From Camelus dromedarius (taxonomy: Eukaryota), in the NCBI RefSeq assembly GCF_036321535.1, contig NC_087436.1, positions 78,990,001-79,054,000 of the forward strand: 64,000 nt of DNA, read 5' to 3'. A program made the position numbers and the translations under genes. The notes under the pieces are model-generated. The model saw only the letters and a program-made list of their open reading frames with translations. It made no database searches and was not told the DNA's origin. The stretch's first letter is position 1. Each line of letters begins with the position of its first letter. Positions 59,964-64,000 of this stretch are shown in pieces.

Positions 59964-60429
59964 CTTTGTAAAAAAGGGGGGAGGAGAAGAACAGAAAATT
60001 ATTTACAGAAAACAGGATTTAAAACATTTAAGATACTTAGTTGCCTCACAATATCCTCATGAAAGAGCTTAAAGAATTCCACTGGTTTCCTATCTGGAAA
60101 AATCTTTAATCAAGGTAGTTACCTTCAAAATTCTTTAACCCATCTAGCAGGGAACATGTAACTAAGGTAGCTATAGTCTATCTACTTTATGTGGGAATGT
60201 CTGTCATTTAAGACATTCTACTGAAAATAATTCAATCTGCATGCAGACCCTTTATATATATTCACTACTAAATAGAGTCGGATGAAATGATGCACAAATA
60301 AAATACTGCCATTCAGGGGACTGGGTAACAATGGTATTTCATACTATTTCTAATTCTGTGTTTATAGTCAAACCAGAGAAAATAACATTCTTGTATAATT
60401 CATTATTTACAAAGTACCTACTTTGTAAA

Positions 60430-60670
60430 GGCAGCATACAGGAAGGTTAAGAACACAGTCTCCTAAGTCATAAGACACTGGGGATTCAAATCCCAATTCT
60501 GCTGCTTTGTAACTACTCAAACTCTCTTTGTCTGTATCGCCATCTGCAATATGGGGATAGTACCTCCCTTACAAGGTAACAGAATTAAATATGTTAATTC
60601 ATGAAAATTTATTAGAACAGTACTCAACTCAAATAGTAAGTGCTTAATAAAATGTTAGCTGGCATTATTG
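60430..60670. mobile_element. MIR SINE
   Basis: ggttaagaacac...gggattcaaatccca...catctgcaatatggggatagtacct...agtaagtgcttaataaaatgttagct. Confidence 0.6.
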
Positions 60671-63600
60671 TTATTGTTATTACTACTATATAAATGGCAC
60701 TGTGGACAGTGTTTCAGGGAACTAAAGCAAGACACCTGCTCAAAGAGATTACATTCAAGTAGAGCAGATCAGACAAGTACCCAAATAAAGTAAATACTGT
60801 TAAAATAAAAAAAAAAGAGAAAATGCTGTGGGAGTCCAAAGCAAACAGAACATAGATCTGATTGGCAGGGCATGGGAATACGGAAAGATGCATGGACGAC
60901 AGTGTCTGAGATGGCTCCTGACCAATAGCCAGGCTGCTGAACGGGCATGCAAACTGGAAGAGGGCTTTCCATGCAGAGGCAGAGCATGAGACATGGAGGC
61001 CTGATGCTGGGAAGCAGCAAGGTCCTTCATAAAATGGTGAACAGATGGGTTTGGCTGGAACCTAGGGTTTAAGTAGGCAAGAAAAGGCAAAAAGGCAGAT
61101 GGTGGCCATTTGGTTGAAGACCTTAAATCCTACTTAGACATCTACAACTTTAGTCTATATTTTTAATTCAGTAGGCAATGACAAGTTTCTGAGCATTGTG
61201 AAGTACAGAAACAATCTGGCACAGAAAGAAATTGCATGTGACAGAAGGTGTGTAAAACAGAACAGAGTTGCAAGAAACAAGGAAAGTTAGTACAAAAAAA
61301 TGCAGGTCTAATCTGGGGTGACGGCACTGGGAATGGAAAGGAGAGAACAGCTGCAGGAAACATGGTGGAGGTGAAAGGAACGTGAGTTACCAACTAACTG
61401 GATGTCAGGGACCGCAGGTGCAAGGGAAGAAAAAAGTAAATCATCATGGAGCTTTCAAGCGAATGGGAAAAATGATGGCTATTAGAACTAAGAATTCAAG
61501 GATGAGCTGATTTAAAGGGAAGATGAAATCTGACCTGGAGAAATGCTATGATGAAATTCAGGAGAGAGGTTGGCACTAGACCTGTGTGTTTGGATCAAAA
61601 ACAGTACAATTTTTAATACTGCTCATTTCCACAGTCTAAGGGAAGGATTTAAGAAGATAAAAAGGATATCCCTTCAGGCTTTATTTATGCAAAAGGCCTA
61701 GAGCCTGCTATGAAGGAGAGAGGTTGAGATAATGGAATTTAAACTGAAACAAACAAACTGCTCTGAACAATAAAAGAAAAAGAACAGACTTCCTTGGATA
61801 GAAAGGCTGTTAACAATGTTAACAGATTTTTTTACTTTTAGTGGGGATGGGAGGGTAGGAGGGTTGATGGCTGAAGACAAAAAGTTAAGAGCCCTGGAAG
61901 AACATTAGAGACAGCACTCCGACTGAAAGGGCGCAGGTCCCTGCAGCAAGGTGATAAACTGGGGAGAATGGGGGAAGGTAGGAGACCTCCAGAAAGAGTG
62001 TATTAGGGGTGGTGACTGCATATCTCTGAATAAACTAAAAACTACCAAACTGTATTGTATTTAACAAGGGTGAATTTTATGGTAGATGTGAACCATATCT
62101 CAATAAAGTTGTTCCACAAAAAGAGTGTTATGACCATGAATTATAGGAGCAGTGAGATCTAATACCCAATTTGAAATTGTTTCCTGTTCTGATTGTAATA
62201 ACCACTATAGACTGGTCTCAGGAAAATGATAAGGAATTAAAAAACAAATTAAAAGGAATTAAAAGTCTGAATTCATGCTTGGGACACTGAAGATGGGACT
62301 CCCTACACCATTTTTCCTTGGAGAGGAGATGCTGGGCACTGGTCCAAGAGCACACAAGCAGCGATTCTGACGTAAGTGCACAGGGAGAGAAACATAGGAA
62401 CTTCCTGGTGGTCTGTGAAATGAGGAGGAAGACGCATGTAGCCTGCCCTTAGTCACATCCCATGGGAGTCACATCCCATGGGAGTCACATCCGTGTGATT
62501 CTCATTTGGATAAGGAAAGGGGAAGTGTCCCCACTTGTGTGCACATGCACACATGCACACCCACACACAGAGCTAGAAAACTTGGGAACTCTAAGTTTAC
62601 ATTAGCTTGGCATCTGCATGCTGAGTTTTAACTGAAACTTGGGGAATAAAGAAAACAGAAAACGAAGTGGTCAGGAAAAAGAACATTAGAAGATATATAT
62701 GGGAAAGGGTCATATTGATGCTGTATAACTAAGTCAACAGTCTAGATTTCTCCTTCTCAACTTTCAGCATGACCCACAATACCACTACTGCAGCTTACAT
62801 AGAAGCTGGCATAATCTTTAATTTTTCAGCCTTTAAAAGGAATTCTGAACAAGCTTTTACAAACAGCTTCCTTCCAAACTTTAGAAACCATACCTACAAG
62901 TGCTTGAGGGTTCTTAATTTCTTAAATTGATTTCCTCCCTCACCAAGATTGTAGATTATATTCTAAAGAGGTTAACAAACAATTTTCTGGGTCCATCAGC
63001 AACTAACACGGTGGAGCCTTTGAGTATTGGTGTTCATGTGGCTTTGGTGGGAAAAGTGAGAGATGAGCCCAGTTCACTTTGGCATTTAAGTAAACCCCTT
63101 ATAGGGAACTGAGCCCTTAGAAAGACTTATTAATACATTTGATGAACTTGAGCAACTATTTAGTGTCTCTCTAATGAAATCGTAAATTTAACTCATTATT
63201 CCTATGAAATATACCCAGATCTTTTATGGGATAGGAGAGAAAGACAAAAAGAGAAAAATATGGGTGAATCTAGGGGAAACGACATGGGTGGTAGGTTCAT
63301 GTGAGTAGGTGTGATGAGGGAATATACAGACAGTGGTGAAGGAGCCAGGGAGACAGAGAGGCTATGTGAAGGCCAGCAAAAAGGAAGCAGCAGGGAAGCA
63401 AAGCGAGGGTGAGGGATTGCTAGGAGGCAGAGACAACAGAGAGGCAGAAAGAGGCAGCAAGGCAGACTGAAGGCTGGAAAAGAAGGCACCAGGAAATGTA
63501 CTGGAATTATGAAACGTCCAATCCATTCTTTCACTCTTCCTGGGTGAATCTTCAGCTTCCTTCTCTATTCATACCAAAGGCATATTACTGATAATGAGTA

Positions 63601-64000
63601 AATTAGTGTTAACATCGCACTGGGAACAGACACTCAGCATACTGTGTGCACACAAACACACAAACATAAAATACAACCATCTGTACCTAATGACTCCTTT
63701 ATATCATTATGGTATCTAAGTAAATTGGATTTGAAGCACTTACTTCCCTGCTAAGTAATGAGAGGATATAAACAACTCCCTTAGTCAGCAATATGCAAGT
63801 TTCATTTTTCCTCTCTTTATGAACACTACAATAAAAGATTTTCTTTCAAAATCAGTTTAAAGAGGGATTAGAAAATATGATTACTTGATATGTCTAATTT
63901 TAGTACAATATATACTAAAATACTGTTTCCCTCATGCATTTTCCATTTTCACCCAGCGGTAATTAAAAAAAGTAGGTTTCTTCTTTCACTTTCCCTTAGA

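Noticed and set aside
59964..64000. Further LIN54 coding exons or independent genes (ORFs at 60769-63534)
   Set aside because: No frame-compatible exon with LIN54-like sequence was found; the ORFs are low-complexity translations of purine-rich, L2/MIR-like intron sequence.

Overview
Eukaryotic (mammalian) genomic DNA. The tRNA-derived SINEs look like the camelid Vic-type family, so a camelid is likely (inference). Three protein-coding genes occur in the conserved vertebrate order. (1) SEC31A, 5' end, minus strand: CpG-island first exon at ~14.8-15.0 kb and four coding exons at 0.8-4.9 kb; the gene runs off the left edge. (2) THAP9, complete, plus strand: a domesticated P-element transposase, 5 exons, 25141-42274, 906 aa. 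(3) LIN54, 3' half, minus strand: 8 coding exons including both CXC domains, plus a long 3'UTR; it converges on THAP9. Between SEC31A and THAP9 lies a spliced antisense non-coding unit (THAP9-AS1-like). Its introns carry two paralogous box C/D snoRNAs with compensatory non-canonical boxes (RUGAUUA / AUGA) and an identical 14-nt guide complementary to 28S rRNA (SNORD143/144-like). Other points of note: a SEC31A uORF that becomes an alternative N-terminus if exon 2 is skipped, a candidate THAP9 poison exon, a frameshifted THAP9 C-terminus, tandem UPRE/CRE motifs, a 59-bp perfect duplication in the LIN54 3'UTR, and many interspersed repeats (L1, SINE, MIR, MaLR, Tigger, hAT). Most short ORFs in the supplied track are noise. 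I found no wholly new system. The best candidates are regulatory architectures around known genes.
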